Shown here one piece after another: positions 39,141 through 48,533 of a stretch of 64,000 nt of DNA. Where the stretch lies: IMG/VR virus record IMGVR_UViG_2579778564_000015, positions 28,913-92,912 of that record. One strand, written 5' to 3'. Below the pieces are notes generated by a model, which had not been told where the DNA came from, searched no databases, and saw only the letters and a list, made by a program, of their open reading frames with translations. Both the position numbers and the translations under genes were made by a program. The DNA is from a virus (lineage: Duplodnaviria > Heunggongvirae > Uroviricota > Caudoviricetes). The first letter of the stretch is position 1. Each line of letters opens with the position of its first letter.

Positions 39141-39676
39141 TATGCTGTCAACGGCAAAAGGTATGCTGTCAACGGTAGTTTAACGCCCAAAGTACGCTGC
39201 CAGCGGTAAAACATATGCTGTCAGCGGTACTTTGACATTTCAGTATGCTGTCAGCGGTAGAAATTTAACACACACAATCTATTCCTACCTATTACCCAGT
39301 GGTTACTAACCTCACAGACCGCATCACATCTATGTTTGTGTTCACTAACATTCTTTCACTGATGATATACGCTTTCGTATCAGCGAATGTAACTATCTGT
39401 ATGTATCTTGTTTAACGTATGCTGTCAGCGGTAGTTTAGGAGTGATATTCCGTTTGGATATGCTACCAGCGGTATATAGCGACCCATTTTTAGCCGTAAT
39501 ATGCTATCAGCGGTATTTTTGACCAGATCATGCTTACATTTAAAAATCCGATGAAAATAGTCTTCATCGAACTTTGCGTATGCTATCAACGGTAGATACG
39601 TATCTAAAATTCGACTTTAGTATGCTGTCAGCGGTGAACATCTATCGAGAACTTCCTGTGTATGCTGCCAGCGGTA
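39141..39676 (+). repeat. downstream iteron array (11 copies, incA-like)
   Basis: TATGCT(G/A)(T/C)CA(G/A)CGGTA at 39141,39162,39193,39215,39244,39419,39460,39501,39579,39621,39661. Confidence 0.7.
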
Positions 39677-39724
39677 CTTTTTTACATGATATTGACTGCG
39701 ATGAGCATCGCAGTCAGCTTACAT

Positions 39725-39937
39725 TTAGTGTATTTTCTTCAACAGACCCCAGAGTGTTTGGGCTTTTGAAGTGAGTCTGCCTGATTCAGAGTCATACATG
39801 CGCCACTCACGACGCTGATGAATAATGACCCCATCCTCTCGCTCAAGACGTTCCAATGCGTCTGGTTGTTTGAATCCCTTTGCACGCCAGTAACCGCTTG
39901 CCTTTTCTATTTCCAGACCTGCTAGTGTAATTGCCAT
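39725..39937 (-). CDS. hypothetical protein
   Basis: 70 aa, strong AAGGAGG RBS. Confidence 0.5.
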   Translation of the reverse strand: MAITLAGLEIEKASGYWRAKGFKQPDALERLEREDGVIIHQRREWRMYDSESGRLTSKAQTLWGLLKKIH

Positions 39938-40272
39938 TAACCAACCTCCTTGCAGTCATCGAAAAGGTAACTGACGTTCTTCGCGTGAACGCCGTAGACA
40001 TCACCAGATTTGTTGTAAACGAAATTATCTTCACCCACACCAGACAGTTTGCCGTTACGTTTAGTGAGAAAGGGGGAAGACAGAACGCGCTCATCGCGCA
40101 CTACATAAAACTGTTCACCGCTGTCCACAACCATCGCGCCGTAGTCAGCTTTGACGACGTTTCGGATCACGTCGTTTTTCACTTCGGCCACAGACATTTC
40201 ACACTCATAGACATGTATGTCCGCATAGACAGGGAGGGAGAGCAGTGCAAGAACCAGAGCTATTTTCTTCAT
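39937..40272 (-). CDS. secreted/periplasmic hypothetical protein
   Basis: cleavable signal peptide (…LPVYA/DI). Confidence 0.45.
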   Translation of the reverse strand: MKKIALVLALLSLPVYADIHVYECEMSVAEVKNDVIRNVVKADYGAMVVDSGEQFYVVRDERVLSSPFLTKRNGKLSGVGEDNFVYNKSGDVYGVHAKNVSYLFDDCKEVG

Positions 40273-40448
40273 GCCGCGGCTCCTTTGATAACGCCGAATG
40301 CTGAGTCGAACACCAGCACTACGGCCAGCGCATTAATCATTGCGCCATTAACAGGCGCCAACGCTTTACGGATTGCTCCGGTGAAGATGCAATCAAGCAC
40401 AAAAGCTATCGAGACAATAAGTAACAAGGTGTCTAATATGATTTTCAT
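40269..40448 (-). CDS. small two-helix membrane protein (59 aa, not in ORF track)
   Basis: MKIILDTLLLIVSIAFVL...; ATGA-coupled to downstream gene; motif B upstream. Confidence 0.35.
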   Translation of the reverse strand: MKIILDTLLLIVSIAFVLDCIFTGAIRKALAPVNGAMINALAVVLVFDSAFGVIKGAAA

Positions 40449-40479
40449 GATAGGTAGATACTAACTTATACATTTTTTG
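40449..40479 (-). promoter_or_regulatory. upstream motif B copy
   Basis: gataggtagatactaacttatacattttttg. Confidence 0.35.
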
Positions 40480-40488
40480 TTGTAAATA

Positions 40489-40764
40489 TCACTCAAAAGT
40501 GCTGATGCCTAAAATGCGCTCAAGATGAGCCGAGTCCTCATCGCTTACAGGCATCTTGTCTTCGACGTACCAGAAACTACCGTTGTACCAACAAACACCG
40601 TCATCATCGATATACACAGAATCTGCATCCTTTCCAGTGTACTCAACGAGATTGCGCTCAATTGCCGCTTGAATTTCTTCATCGTTTAGCCCGTCGCACT
40701 TGACCATGAACAACGGGTAAGCGTCATAGTCAATGCTGGCTGAAATGCGAACCAAAATCTTCAT
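40489..40764 (-). CDS. hypothetical protein
   Basis: start at M22 with AAGGAG RBS. Confidence 0.45.
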   Translation of the reverse strand: MKILVRISASIDYDAYPLFMVKCDGLNDEEIQAAIERNLVEYTGKDADSVYIDDDGVCWYNGSFWYVEDKMPVSDEDSAHLERILGISTFE

Positions 40765-40780
40765 GTGTTTTCTCCTTGTT

Positions 40781-40806
40781 GGTAAGTACTTATTTATATT
40801 ATTGTG
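40781..40806 (-). promoter_or_regulatory. upstream motif B copy
   Basis: ggtaagtacttatttatattattgtg. Confidence 0.4.
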
Positions 40807-40823
40807 CGCCATGCGGCGCACAA
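40802..40823 (-). terminator. terminator-like 9-bp GC hairpin
   Basis: TTGTGCGCC-atgc-GGCGCACAA. Confidence 0.4.
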
Positions 40824-40832
40824 TCATTGTGT

Positions 40833-41243
40833 TCAGGCTGGTGGAAAGAACTTCTCCAGCGTGCGGTCGACAGCCTTATCAATGTGCATCAGATGCCAGA
40901 CGACCATATCTTTATTTCCCAGACCGCGGGTGTAGATCACGTCGAACTTACGCCAGGCGGCGTGAAACCAGTGCGGTGTATCGTCGACCGGCAGATTGTC
41001 TCCAGCCTCCTTGAAGTACTTGAGCAGCATGGCCTGTTCTGCGGTTGGCGTCGGGCCAATCTCTTCCGCGTACATTCTGACGAAACGCTGCCAGTCGGCT
41101 TCATCTTCTGACTGTTCCGGTGCGTTCATTTCCGCAATCGCTTCACGCAGCTGCGTCGCCCATTCTGGCTCCGGGAAACCCTGGGCAATTTCGATATCCA
41201 CTACATCCAGCGCAGCATTGGCCGCGTCATACAGTTTCTTCAC
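40833..41243 (-). CDS. hypothetical protein
   Basis: 136-aa ORF. Confidence 0.5.
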   Translation of the reverse strand: MKKLYDAANAALDVVDIEIAQGFPEPEWATQLREAIAEMNAPEQSEDEADWQRFVRMYAEEIGPTPTAEQAMLLKYFKEAGDNLPVDDTPHWFHAAWRKFDVIYTRGLGNKDMVVWHLMHIDKAVDRTLEKFFPPA

Positions 41244-41598
41244 TTTTTTTCTCCTGCATTAAAAGAAATACAATCATTGCAGCCCTGAAAGGGTTTGTGT
41301 TCTGAATTAAATGCTGTGGTGTGGAGTCGTCTACTCTTCTATGGGCTGCTCTCCACTCATCTGGCTGTTTTGCTGGGATTACGCCGATTCTATTTTTGAA
41401 AATGATGTCACAGGCATCGACAGGATCGTTGCACCAGTCGAAAGACCCAGCTCCGTTTGGGCCGATCGCAATTACTGCTGTGTAATCCCCCTCCTGAGAA
41501 CCCTTCCAGCCGTATTGGGAGATTAACGGTCGATGGCCAGTAGCTTCTGCAACGAGGCAATTGATCTCAAAGTCTGTCATTTCGGAGTAGTTTTTCAT
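41227..41598 (-). CDS. hypothetical protein
   Basis: 123-aa ORF. Confidence 0.45.
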   Translation of the reverse strand: MKNYSEMTDFEINCLVAEATGHRPLISQYGWKGSQEGDYTAVIAIGPNGAGSFDWCNDPVDACDIIFKNRIGVIPAKQPDEWRAAHRRVDDSTPQHLIQNTNPFRAAMIVFLLMQEKKSEETV

Positions 41599-42347
41599 CG
41601 ACCATCCTCTTTATCTAACAGTTTTTGTATACTGATATCTAAATCATTTTGCCTTTCACACAGCTCAATCATTCCTGCTCGCATCGCAGCGCCGGAGATA
41701 TATGCTTCAACTTCTGCCTTGCCAGAGGAGACGATTTTATCCATCGACTCTTGCATCAGCTTGGTGGCGAATGACAAATTAGAGGGAAGGTTGACAGTAG
41801 CGGCACGAAGCGATGTGTAGACATCCTCAAGTTCACGTTTGCCAGCTCTACCCTTTTTAACCAAGTCGCCAAGACGAGCAACTTCGTCTTTGATCTTCTC
41901 AATTTCTTTGGCTGTTGTGGTCTCTATCTGCGATTTGAACTTGTCACGAACACTTTTTTGTTCCGTAATACCTGGCAGCCTTTCTGCCTGCCCCAAACTC
42001 CGGTAAGAAATGGTACAGGGCACACCATCACCAACCCCGAAGCTGCTAACCATTGCGGCCCATTGTGTCTGGCTGAGTCGAAATTCAACGACAGGTCGGC
42101 GCCTTTCTGGGCTTCTTCGTGGGGCAGGATGCTCGCGATACATCACCATCTCCGCCTCGTAGATCCCGATTTCAATGTATTCCTGGTGATCCAGTTCAGA
42201 ATCGAATAAACGAATACCTGTGGTGTGTACACGGCTCGTTTTAACAAGACCGAATGCTGGGTGTGACTGGATGGTTTCGCCGTGTTTGTTAATTGTTGTT
42301 ACCGGATCTTCACTTTTACGATTGCTCATATCACTCTCTTGGTTCAA
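41595..42347 (-). CDS. hypothetical protein
   Basis: 250-aa ORF, ATGA coupling. Confidence 0.5.
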   Translation of the reverse strand: MNQESDMSNRKSEDPVTTINKHGETIQSHPAFGLVKTSRVHTTGIRLFDSELDHQEYIEIGIYEAEMVMYREHPAPRRSPERRRPVVEFRLSQTQWAAMVSSFGVGDGVPCTISYRSLGQAERLPGITEQKSVRDKFKSQIETTTAKEIEKIKDEVARLGDLVKKGRAGKRELEDVYTSLRAATVNLPSNLSFATKLMQESMDKIVSSGKAEVEAYISGAAMRAGMIELCERQNDLDISIQKLLDKEDGR

Positions 42348-42404
42348 TAAACGTTTTGAAATATCATTAACGGTTATAGTTACTTCATATTTTTATGTAT
42401 GAAA

Positions 42405-43229
42405 TTACTCATTCAGATATTCATAATTTTCATCCATGTTGTATTCTTGTGGTGTAGCTCCAGGGTGACATAATTCAAAGGCGAATTTTCGCCATTTCAA
42501 TTTTTCTTCTGGTGATTGTTCGCTATATGGTGGCGCAATATCTTCGGAATCCCATTTGCCTCCACGAAGAACAATAGAGCCGCAGTTACTACCTATATCC
42601 TCGTCAGCGTAATGAACGATGAATTCTAGATGAGGGAAGCGACTTGCCAGTACGTGATAAACTGGTTCAGGACAATTCCAGGCTGTATCGAAACGAATAA
42701 CCAAATCACCACCACTTATAGCGTGTCTCGCCAAACGTTTTTTAAACAGGCGCTTTGCATATGCTCGAACATGAGTTTTGCGGTGTTCGTGTCCGTACTT
42801 GATTCGTTGTTTGACGCGTTTTATAGGCATTTCTACGCTATACGCATTCCACTTGGTTCCCCAATTAGCTCGTGACCAGTCGTACCATGAATAAAAACCG
42901 TAACGACGCTTATTCTCAATGCGAAGCAGTGCGTGGGTCTTTATCTTACGGAGATATTTCTGAGTGGTTCCACGTTGAATCAGATCGAGTTCAACTTCTT
43001 TTGGCGTTTTGACTTCGCCAAAATAGAAATTACTCATAGGATATCCAGCAATGGCTGTCGCCATTGCTTCAACGGCACCGCTTTCTTCGATGTCCATACT
43101 TTTTGGGCGTTTGCAAATGTTGTTAAAGTCAATGAGTCCGAATTTATTGGTAATGGCTCGTATGAAAGCAAGGCGTTGCTTATTGGTTCCGCCAACAACG
43201 CGGATCTCATTAGTTACATGGTTAGGCAT
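42405..43229 (-). CDS. hypothetical basic protein
   Basis: 274-aa ORF; motif A upstream. Confidence 0.5.
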   Translation of the reverse strand: MPNHVTNEIRVVGGTNKQRLAFIRAITNKFGLIDFNNICKRPKSMDIEESGAVEAMATAIAGYPMSNFYFGEVKTPKEVELDLIQRGTTQKYLRKIKTHALLRIENKRRYGFYSWYDWSRANWGTKWNAYSVEMPIKRVKQRIKYGHEHRKTHVRAYAKRLFKKRLARHAISGGDLVIRFDTAWNCPEPVYHVLASRFPHLEFIVHYADEDIGSNCGSIVLRGGKWDSEDIAPPYSEQSPEEKLKWRKFAFELCHPGATPQEYNMDENYEYLNE

Positions 43230-43244
43230 AAATTAATCATCCTT

Positions 43245-43278
43245 CTAAATAATTTGTTTTCTTAATTTAGATAATAAC
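43245..43278 (-). promoter_or_regulatory. upstream motif A copy
   Basis: ctaaataatttgttttcttaatttagataataac. Confidence 0.4.
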
Positions 43279-43284
43279 TAAAAA

Positions 43285-43310
43285 ATTACGGCGTCCAACT
43301 CGACGCCGTA
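43285..43310 (-). terminator. terminator (minus strand)
   Basis: GGCGTC..GACGCC hairpin, T6 on minus strand. Confidence 0.5.
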
Positions 43311-43324
43311 ATAATCTGATGTTT

Positions 43325-44161
43325 TTATTTCACTGTTATAAAAGGAGTATTTGCCCCTTGAGTCATATACTGAGGTAGCTGACCATTCCATTTGTTAATG
43401 GCTTCAAGTTCCATAACATTAGGGTTTTGTCTAAGCGCTTCCCCTCGCAGTTTAATAGCGTCCGCTTCTGCTTCTGCTTCTGCACGAGCGAGGATAGCAT
43501 CCGCTTCACCATTAGCCTGTTCACGTAGCATGTTGGCTTCAGCTTTACGCTGCTCAACCTCCTGCTGACGCTGGAGTGTTTTCTGGTTCGCGGTTACTTT
43601 GGCATTGATGGACTCAATGACCGTATCCGGATAGTCTGGTTTACCTACCCATGACAGGCTTAAGACCTCTATGCCTACCGGGGTCATTTCTTTTTGAATA
43701 TCTTTCAGCGCATTGTCGAGCAGAGCCGCTTTTCCGCCGTCGATGAAGGCGTCTGTCGTCATGCGGCTGGCCAGACGATTTAAAGAGTCTGCAATTTTCT
43801 GGCGTAGATCCGTATCTGTAATATCATCCACACCCTTACGGTAAGTCTGGAAAACGGTGGTGACCTTGTCTCGGTTGACCAGATAAGCCACACCAATTTT
43901 GTGACCGATTGCAGTACCGTCACTCATCTGGAAAGTGAACGGTTCATCATAGGTTTTCATCTGTTTAAAAGTAGGAAATACATACAGCTCGGTATTTAAA
44001 CCAGTCCACTGACGACCGACACCAACAACTTCCCCGATCCCCTTATCTTCGCCTAGCTTGTTGACTTTAATACCCACGTAACCTGGCTCTACGCGATCAC
44101 AACCGCTAAGGCCAATCGTACAAATTGCTGCCAGAACAACCGCCAATAAACCTTTCTTCAT
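43325..44161 (-). CDS. SPFH/band-7 domain lipoprotein
   Basis: lipobox LSGC; prohibitin-like core and Ala/Glu-rich coiled coil C-terminus. Confidence 0.55.
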   Translation of the reverse strand: MKKGLLAVVLAAICTIGLSGCDRVEPGYVGIKVNKLGEDKGIGEVVGVGRQWTGLNTELYVFPTFKQMKTYDEPFTFQMSDGTAIGHKIGVAYLVNRDKVTTVFQTYRKGVDDITDTDLRQKIADSLNRLASRMTTDAFIDGGKAALLDNALKDIQKEMTPVGIEVLSLSWVGKPDYPDTVIESINAKVTANQKTLQRQQEVEQRKAEANMLREQANGEADAILARAEAEAEADAIKLRGEALRQNPNVMELEAINKWNGQLPQYMTQGANTPFITVK

Positions 44162-44364
44162 TACTTATTTTCCTTCGATTTTTTTAGTGTGTTGATGTAA
44201 CGACGTCCTATGATGAAGCCGACAACAGGGAAGCCAAATGCTGTGGAAAAGCCGATTAATAAAGCCAAATCACTTTTGGCTGAAATCAGCGACGGAACAA
44301 GTAATCCGTACACAATAGAGACTGATACTACAGTCAATACCGCCATGAGATACCCTTTAATCAT
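44161..44364 (-). CDS. small membrane protein (partner of SPFH gene)
   Basis: 67 aa, two hydrophobic helices, overlaps SPFH start. Confidence 0.45.
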   Translation of the reverse strand: MIKGYLMAVLTVVSVSIVYGLLVPSLISAKSDLALLIGFSTAFGFPVVGFIIGRRYINTLKKSKENK

Positions 44365-44394
44365 GTGTTTCCTTTAGTTGTTTGTTTCCTGCAT

Positions 44395-44419
44395 GATAAG
44401 TAAGTACTTATATATTTTC
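44395..44419 (-). promoter_or_regulatory. upstream motif B copy
   Basis: gataagtaagtacttatatattttc (perfect ATAAGTA-AG-TACTTAT). Confidence 0.45.
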
Positions 44420-44420
44420 A

Positions 44421-44452
44421 AGTGATAAAAAAGGCGCCCAATGGACGCCTTG
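44421..44452 (-). terminator. terminator after recA
   Basis: AAGGCGTCC..GGGCGCCTT hairpin + TTTTAT on minus strand. Confidence 0.5.
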
Positions 44453-44455
44453 TTT

Positions 44456-45529
44456 TTATTCTTCAATCTCGGCTGGCGCTGACTCCTTTGCCCGTCGCTC
44501 ATCGACTGCTTGAAGCGCCGCTATGATTTCTGGAAGTGGCTTATCGCGGTACATCTCGACGATCTGCGATTTCGTGTATTTCTTATCGCCAATTTCTACG
44601 CGCCCGCTGGCGTTCTTGGGCAGGTATCCTTCCTCCAACATGTACTCAACCAGAGATTCGATGACGTCCAGCCCGCGAGTCGGGTCGAAGTAGAATTTCC
44701 ATGAGCATTTGCCAAACGGAGGCGCAACTTTGTTTTTAATGCATTCGGCGCCCACGTCCTGTCCGATCTTCTCTTTCCCATCCTTCATAACGGATGCACC
44801 CAGACGAATACGTACCGATGCGTAGAACTTTGGTGAGTCGCCACCTGGTGAGGTGGTCGGGTCGCCAAACATAACCCCGATTTTCGTGCGTACCTGATTC
44901 AAGAAGATGATGCACGCATTGTATTTACGCGCCCACAATGCCAGCGTAGGGAAGTTGGCGCTCGTCGCGCGCGCCAGCGCCGTGTTATCATTCATATTCA
45001 GTTGGTCTTTATCTTTCGCCGTACCATCTGCCATCTTAATGAACTTTTCGGCTTTTGAATTAGGCACCATTGATGCCAGTGAGTCTGCTACGATGCAGAT
45101 TGGAGCATCTTTAGGAATAAGTTCTTCGTCGCGTACCAGTTTGAGAATAGTGCCGATCAACTCAACTGATTCTTCAAAAGTGTCAGGTTGTTTGTAAACC
45201 CACTGACCGTCGTCTTCGTCGGCATTCAAGCCGTTCGCCACTGCCAGACCAACGTCAAAGCTGTTTTCGTGATCGAGGAACACAGCCAGACCTTCTTGTC
45301 TTTGCGCAGAGATCATCGCTGCCGTTGCCAGAAACGTTTTGCCGGCGCTTGGTGGCCCGAATATCTCCACGATACGTCCAGACGGGAATCCACCGTCATA
45401 TCGCCCTGAAATGGCTTTATTCAGTGGAGGGAATCCTGAATCAATCCAGTGGGAAACCTTCTGGATCTCGTCGTTGCTGCCGATTTTCTTTTTAAGCGCT
45501 AGAGAGAGAGCGGATTTTCCTTTTGCCAT
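44456..45529 (-). CDS. recA: RecA-family recombinase
   Basis: GRIVEIFGPPSAGKT Walker A; FLNQVRTKIGVMFGDPTTSPGG.S.KFYASVR nearly identical pattern to bacterial RecA L2 region. Confidence 0.8.
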   Translation of the reverse strand: MAKGKSALSLALKKKIGSNDEIQKVSHWIDSGFPPLNKAISGRYDGGFPSGRIVEIFGPPSAGKTFLATAAMISAQRQEGLAVFLDHENSFDVGLAVANGLNADEDDGQWVYKQPDTFEESVELIGTILKLVRDEELIPKDAPICIVADSLASMVPNSKAEKFIKMADGTAKDKDQLNMNDNTALARATSANFPTLALWARKYNACIIFLNQVRTKIGVMFGDPTTSPGGDSPKFYASVRIRLGASVMKDGKEKIGQDVGAECIKNKVAPPFGKCSWKFYFDPTRGLDVIESLVEYMLEEGYLPKNASGRVEIGDKKYTKSQIVEMYRDKPLPEIIAALQAVDERRAKESAPAEIEE

Positions 45530-45531
45530 GT

Positions 45532-45798
45532 TCAGGCTCCTTTTGATTCGTTGATTCGCTTCGAAGCAGCGGCTTCGTCAAACTTGATTGCGTCGTGGTT
45601 CAGGTGTTTGGCGACGCGAGCGATGATCTTCACGACCTGCTCGCTGACCAGCGCGAACTCACGCTCAGTAGCAGAAATGCCAGCAACGCCCAGAATGTTC
45701 GACAGAGCCACCACTGCGTGCTCGCCGTGGCAGAAGACAATCTCCTTAGCCAGCATGGTTGGCGTGGTAGTTCCGCCATTAATGATGGATTTCAGCAT
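45532..45798 (-). CDS. hypothetical protein
   Basis: 88-aa ORF. Confidence 0.4.
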   Translation of the reverse strand: MLKSIINGGTTTPTMLAKEIVFCHGEHAVVALSNILGVAGISATEREFALVSEQVVKIIARVAKHLNHDAIKFDEAAASKRINESKGA

Positions 45799-46742
45799 TA
45801 GCAGTACCTCTCAAACGGAAGTACAAAGACTTCCAGGTCTTCCAGAAAAGAACGGAAATTCAGCTCATGGCACATCTGTTCGAAAGTCTTCATATTTCGA
45901 ACGCCTTTAATCGACTCGATCTCGCTGGGCGGGAATTTGGTATCAATAAGATTCATCAACGTCATATTGCGTTTGAAGGCTTCCAGCATCCGACAGCCCG
46001 TCTTCTCGTTGAAGGCGTTCTTTGCCAGCTTGTTGAATGCCGTTTTATACCGGCCTTTGTCGATTACGATTGAACCGTTATTGATGCCTCGCACCATAGA
46101 GGCGACGCTTCCCCATTCATGCAACAGCTCTTTCGCACCACCATCACCGATACCGCCAACACCTTTGATGTTGTCCGATGTATCCCCCTGTAGTGCTTTG
46201 GCTTCCAGAAAAGCGCGCGGGGTTGGGAGTCCGATAAGTTCTGCAAATTGTTCGAAGTTAACCTGCTTGTGCTTCGCGTCTTCGCGTAGACTTACCCAGC
46301 TCACATTCTCGCGCACTAACTGGAGCCAGTCTCCGTCACCTGTAAGTAGATAAATGTGATCAACTGTTGGCTGCGGTGCCAGACGAGAAACAAGCATTCC
46401 TGCCAGGTCGTCAGCTTCTGCATCCTTTGCGATGAGCTGATTAACGCCAAGCGCAGTCATCATTTTAAGGATGTAAGGCTTCTGGATAGCGAAACCTTCT
46501 TTCATCTTTTTCATATCCGGATCGTCATCGCGATTAGCTTTGTATTCCGGATAGTAGTCTCGACGTTTGTCGCTGAATCCATCCCACAAGATCATTGGGC
46601 GGGCATGGAGGATAGAGGAATAACGACGGACGTTTTTAACGAAACCGAATATGGCCTGAACTTCCATATCGCCGTTATGTAATTTGTCGGATTGCTGGTG
46701 GTAATAGCCAAGACTGTTACCATCCACAAAGAGATAATTCAC
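45798..46742 (-). CDS. 5'-3' exonuclease / flap endonuclease (FEN)
   Basis: N-terminal LFVDGNSLGY, H3TH motif GDTSDNIKGVGGIG. Confidence 0.7.
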   Translation of the reverse strand: MNYLFVDGNSLGYYHQQSDKLHNGDMEVQAIFGFVKNVRRYSSILHARPMILWDGFSDKRRDYYPEYKANRDDDPDMKKMKEGFAIQKPYILKMMTALGVNQLIAKDAEADDLAGMLVSRLAPQPTVDHIYLLTGDGDWLQLVRENVSWVSLREDAKHKQVNFEQFAELIGLPTPRAFLEAKALQGDTSDNIKGVGGIGDGGAKELLHEWGSVASMVRGINNGSIVIDKGRYKTAFNKLAKNAFNEKTGCRMLEAFKRNMTLMNLIDTKFPPSEIESIKGVRNMKTFEQMCHELNFRSFLEDLEVFVLPFERYC

Positions 46743-46801
46743 CGGTACACTCCTTCAAAAAAGTAAGGCGTCCGTAGACGCCTTACTTGTCTCGTTATGG
46801 G

Positions 46802-47848
46802 TTACAGAGCATTCAGTTCAGCCAGCAAGTCATCTAGACCTTCATCAGCTGGTGTGGACGCAGTGATGGTGGAAGCTGGAGTGCTTTTAGTTGCGGCTGC
46901 TGCACCATCTTCTGGCGCTTTATCCGAATCTTGTGTGGTTTCCGGTTTGAACTCAGCTTCTGCTGCTCGCAGTATCTCTTCGTCGACAAGGCTGGTTGAT
47001 CCTGGTGCTGGAGTGTGTGCTGTGGCGACGGCAGTTGCGCCTTCTGTATGACCAGTGATAGTCCCAAAACCAGGCAGTGATGTGGTGCTTGCTGTAGCGC
47101 TTGATACGGAAGAGGATACCGCCAGAGAAGACATAGTTGCTGCTGGAGCTGCGATACCGATCAAGCGTCCCATTGTACGAGCTGTGGATAACAATCGTGT
47201 TTCATCAGCCTGATTTGCATAAGCGATCAAATCATGTTGTGTTGACCACAGCTTTTCAGGAATATCACCTTTGTAAACTTTACGCTTTGGTGATACATCG
47301 TATTTGGTGTCTCGGCCGGAACCGGTACGTTTAACCAAGAAAGCGTAACCTTCTTCCTTGCTCAGTGGGTTGCCAATATCGTCAGCGATATCTTCGGACA
47401 TAACCTTGCAAATATCATCAAAAACAGTTGCCGGTAGTTCAATTAGCTGGCATTTCTCAACATCGGCAAAGTCTTCTCGTGCAGAAAGTACGCCATTGAC
47501 CAGATAACGCGGAGTCGCACGCATTTGGCCGATACGCTCCTCCATAGCTTTATTTCCCTTGAAACGAGCACGACCTTCCATCACCATTTCACATAACTGG
47601 CAAGCGTGACCGTGAGTGTGCTGTTCACAGATATAGGCAGTGGTGACTTCTTTACCTTCTTCGTTCTGATGCTTAACGTAGTGCATACCAAAAGTCTGGA
47701 AAAACACACCATTCGGGTCATCCTTATTCGGGAAAATACGAAGATAGTTATTACCGTCTTTCATACGAGTCAGATCGATGTTATTGCCACGCTTAGAAGC
47801 AATATCACCACGGGTCTTGTTAAGCAGATCGAGCAATGACTTAGACAT
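46802..47848 (-). CDS. ssDNA-binding protein, T4 gp32-like
   Basis: RIFP..D..FF..HY, Zn motif CEQHTHGHACQLCE, S/T/A linker and acidic C-terminus. Confidence 0.5.
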   Translation of the reverse strand: MSKSLLDLLNKTRGDIASKRGNNIDLTRMKDGNNYLRIFPNKDDPNGVFFQTFGMHYVKHQNEEGKEVTTAYICEQHTHGHACQLCEMVMEGRARFKGNKAMEERIGQMRATPRYLVNGVLSAREDFADVEKCQLIELPATVFDDICKVMSEDIADDIGNPLSKEEGYAFLVKRTGSGRDTKYDVSPKRKVYKGDIPEKLWSTQHDLIAYANQADETRLLSTARTMGRLIGIAAPAATMSSLAVSSSVSSATASTTSLPGFGTITGHTEGATAVATAHTPAPGSTSLVDEEILRAAEAEFKPETTQDSDKAPEDGAAAATKSTPASTITASTPADEGLDDLLAELNAL

Positions 47849-47934
47849 GTGTTTCTCCTGTTGTGATTGTGGCCATTGGCGCCGTGCGCTTTGGGCATTC
47901 GTTTGGTTTAGACTCTTTTGAGCGCGTAAATAAT

Positions 47935-47962
47935 AGATCAGTACTTACTTATTATCTATAAC
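47935..47962 (-). promoter_or_regulatory. upstream motif B copy
   Basis: agatcagtacttacttattatctataac. Confidence 0.35.
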
Positions 47963-47965
47963 AAT

Positions 47966-48397
47966 TTAACGGGGTGGTAGGAACCGTTCAACCCCCAATC
48001 TCTCTATCTCCACAATCGTCATTTTTGATGCCTGTACTATCATGTCTCTACGATGTGAGAAGGCGGATACAGCGTGTTTGTACAGATCTGCTATGTGTCT
48101 GGCATCGTCAAGTTTCTGTCTCTTGGCGAGATATTGCGGATTAGTTTTGACCTTTGCATCTAGAACGGACTCGTTAAACTTAATACCGTTCATACTTAGA
48201 TTTTTACGTTCATTATCATAAATTTTTGCCTCGATAGCGTCGAGTGATAGTTTGGCATCGGCAACTTCACGCTCCGCTTGTGCCAGCTTAGAGCCGTACT
48301 CCATCAGAAGACGCGGCTGCTTACGCCATACCTCTTCAAGATTCTCACGGTCGAACTCCAGATCGGCCATAACTTTTTCGTAGATTTTGACGCTCAT
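47966..48397 (-). CDS. coiled-coil hypothetical protein
   Basis: 143-aa ORF. Confidence 0.45.
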   Translation of the reverse strand: MSVKIYEKVMADLEFDRENLEEVWRKQPRLLMEYGSKLAQAEREVADAKLSLDAIEAKIYDNERKNLSMNGIKFNESVLDAKVKTNPQYLAKRQKLDDARHIADLYKHAVSAFSHRRDMIVQASKMTIVEIERLGVERFLPPR

Positions 48398-48533
48398 TTG
48401 TTAGGTTCTCATTTATTTAATTGTATTAATTATACAATCAAGCAAAAATTCAGTCAGTAGACACCTTGATGTAAGAAAACATTCGCAGAACATGGAGCTA
48501 TATTGCCCCTGTTCTGTACAAAAATGAGAGTTG

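Noticed and set aside
37922-39676. Direct-repeat arrays as a possible CRISPR array
   Set aside because: Repeat spacing is irregular (5-150 bp), the repeats are 16 bp, the arrays flank a rep gene, and there are no cas genes. They are iterons.
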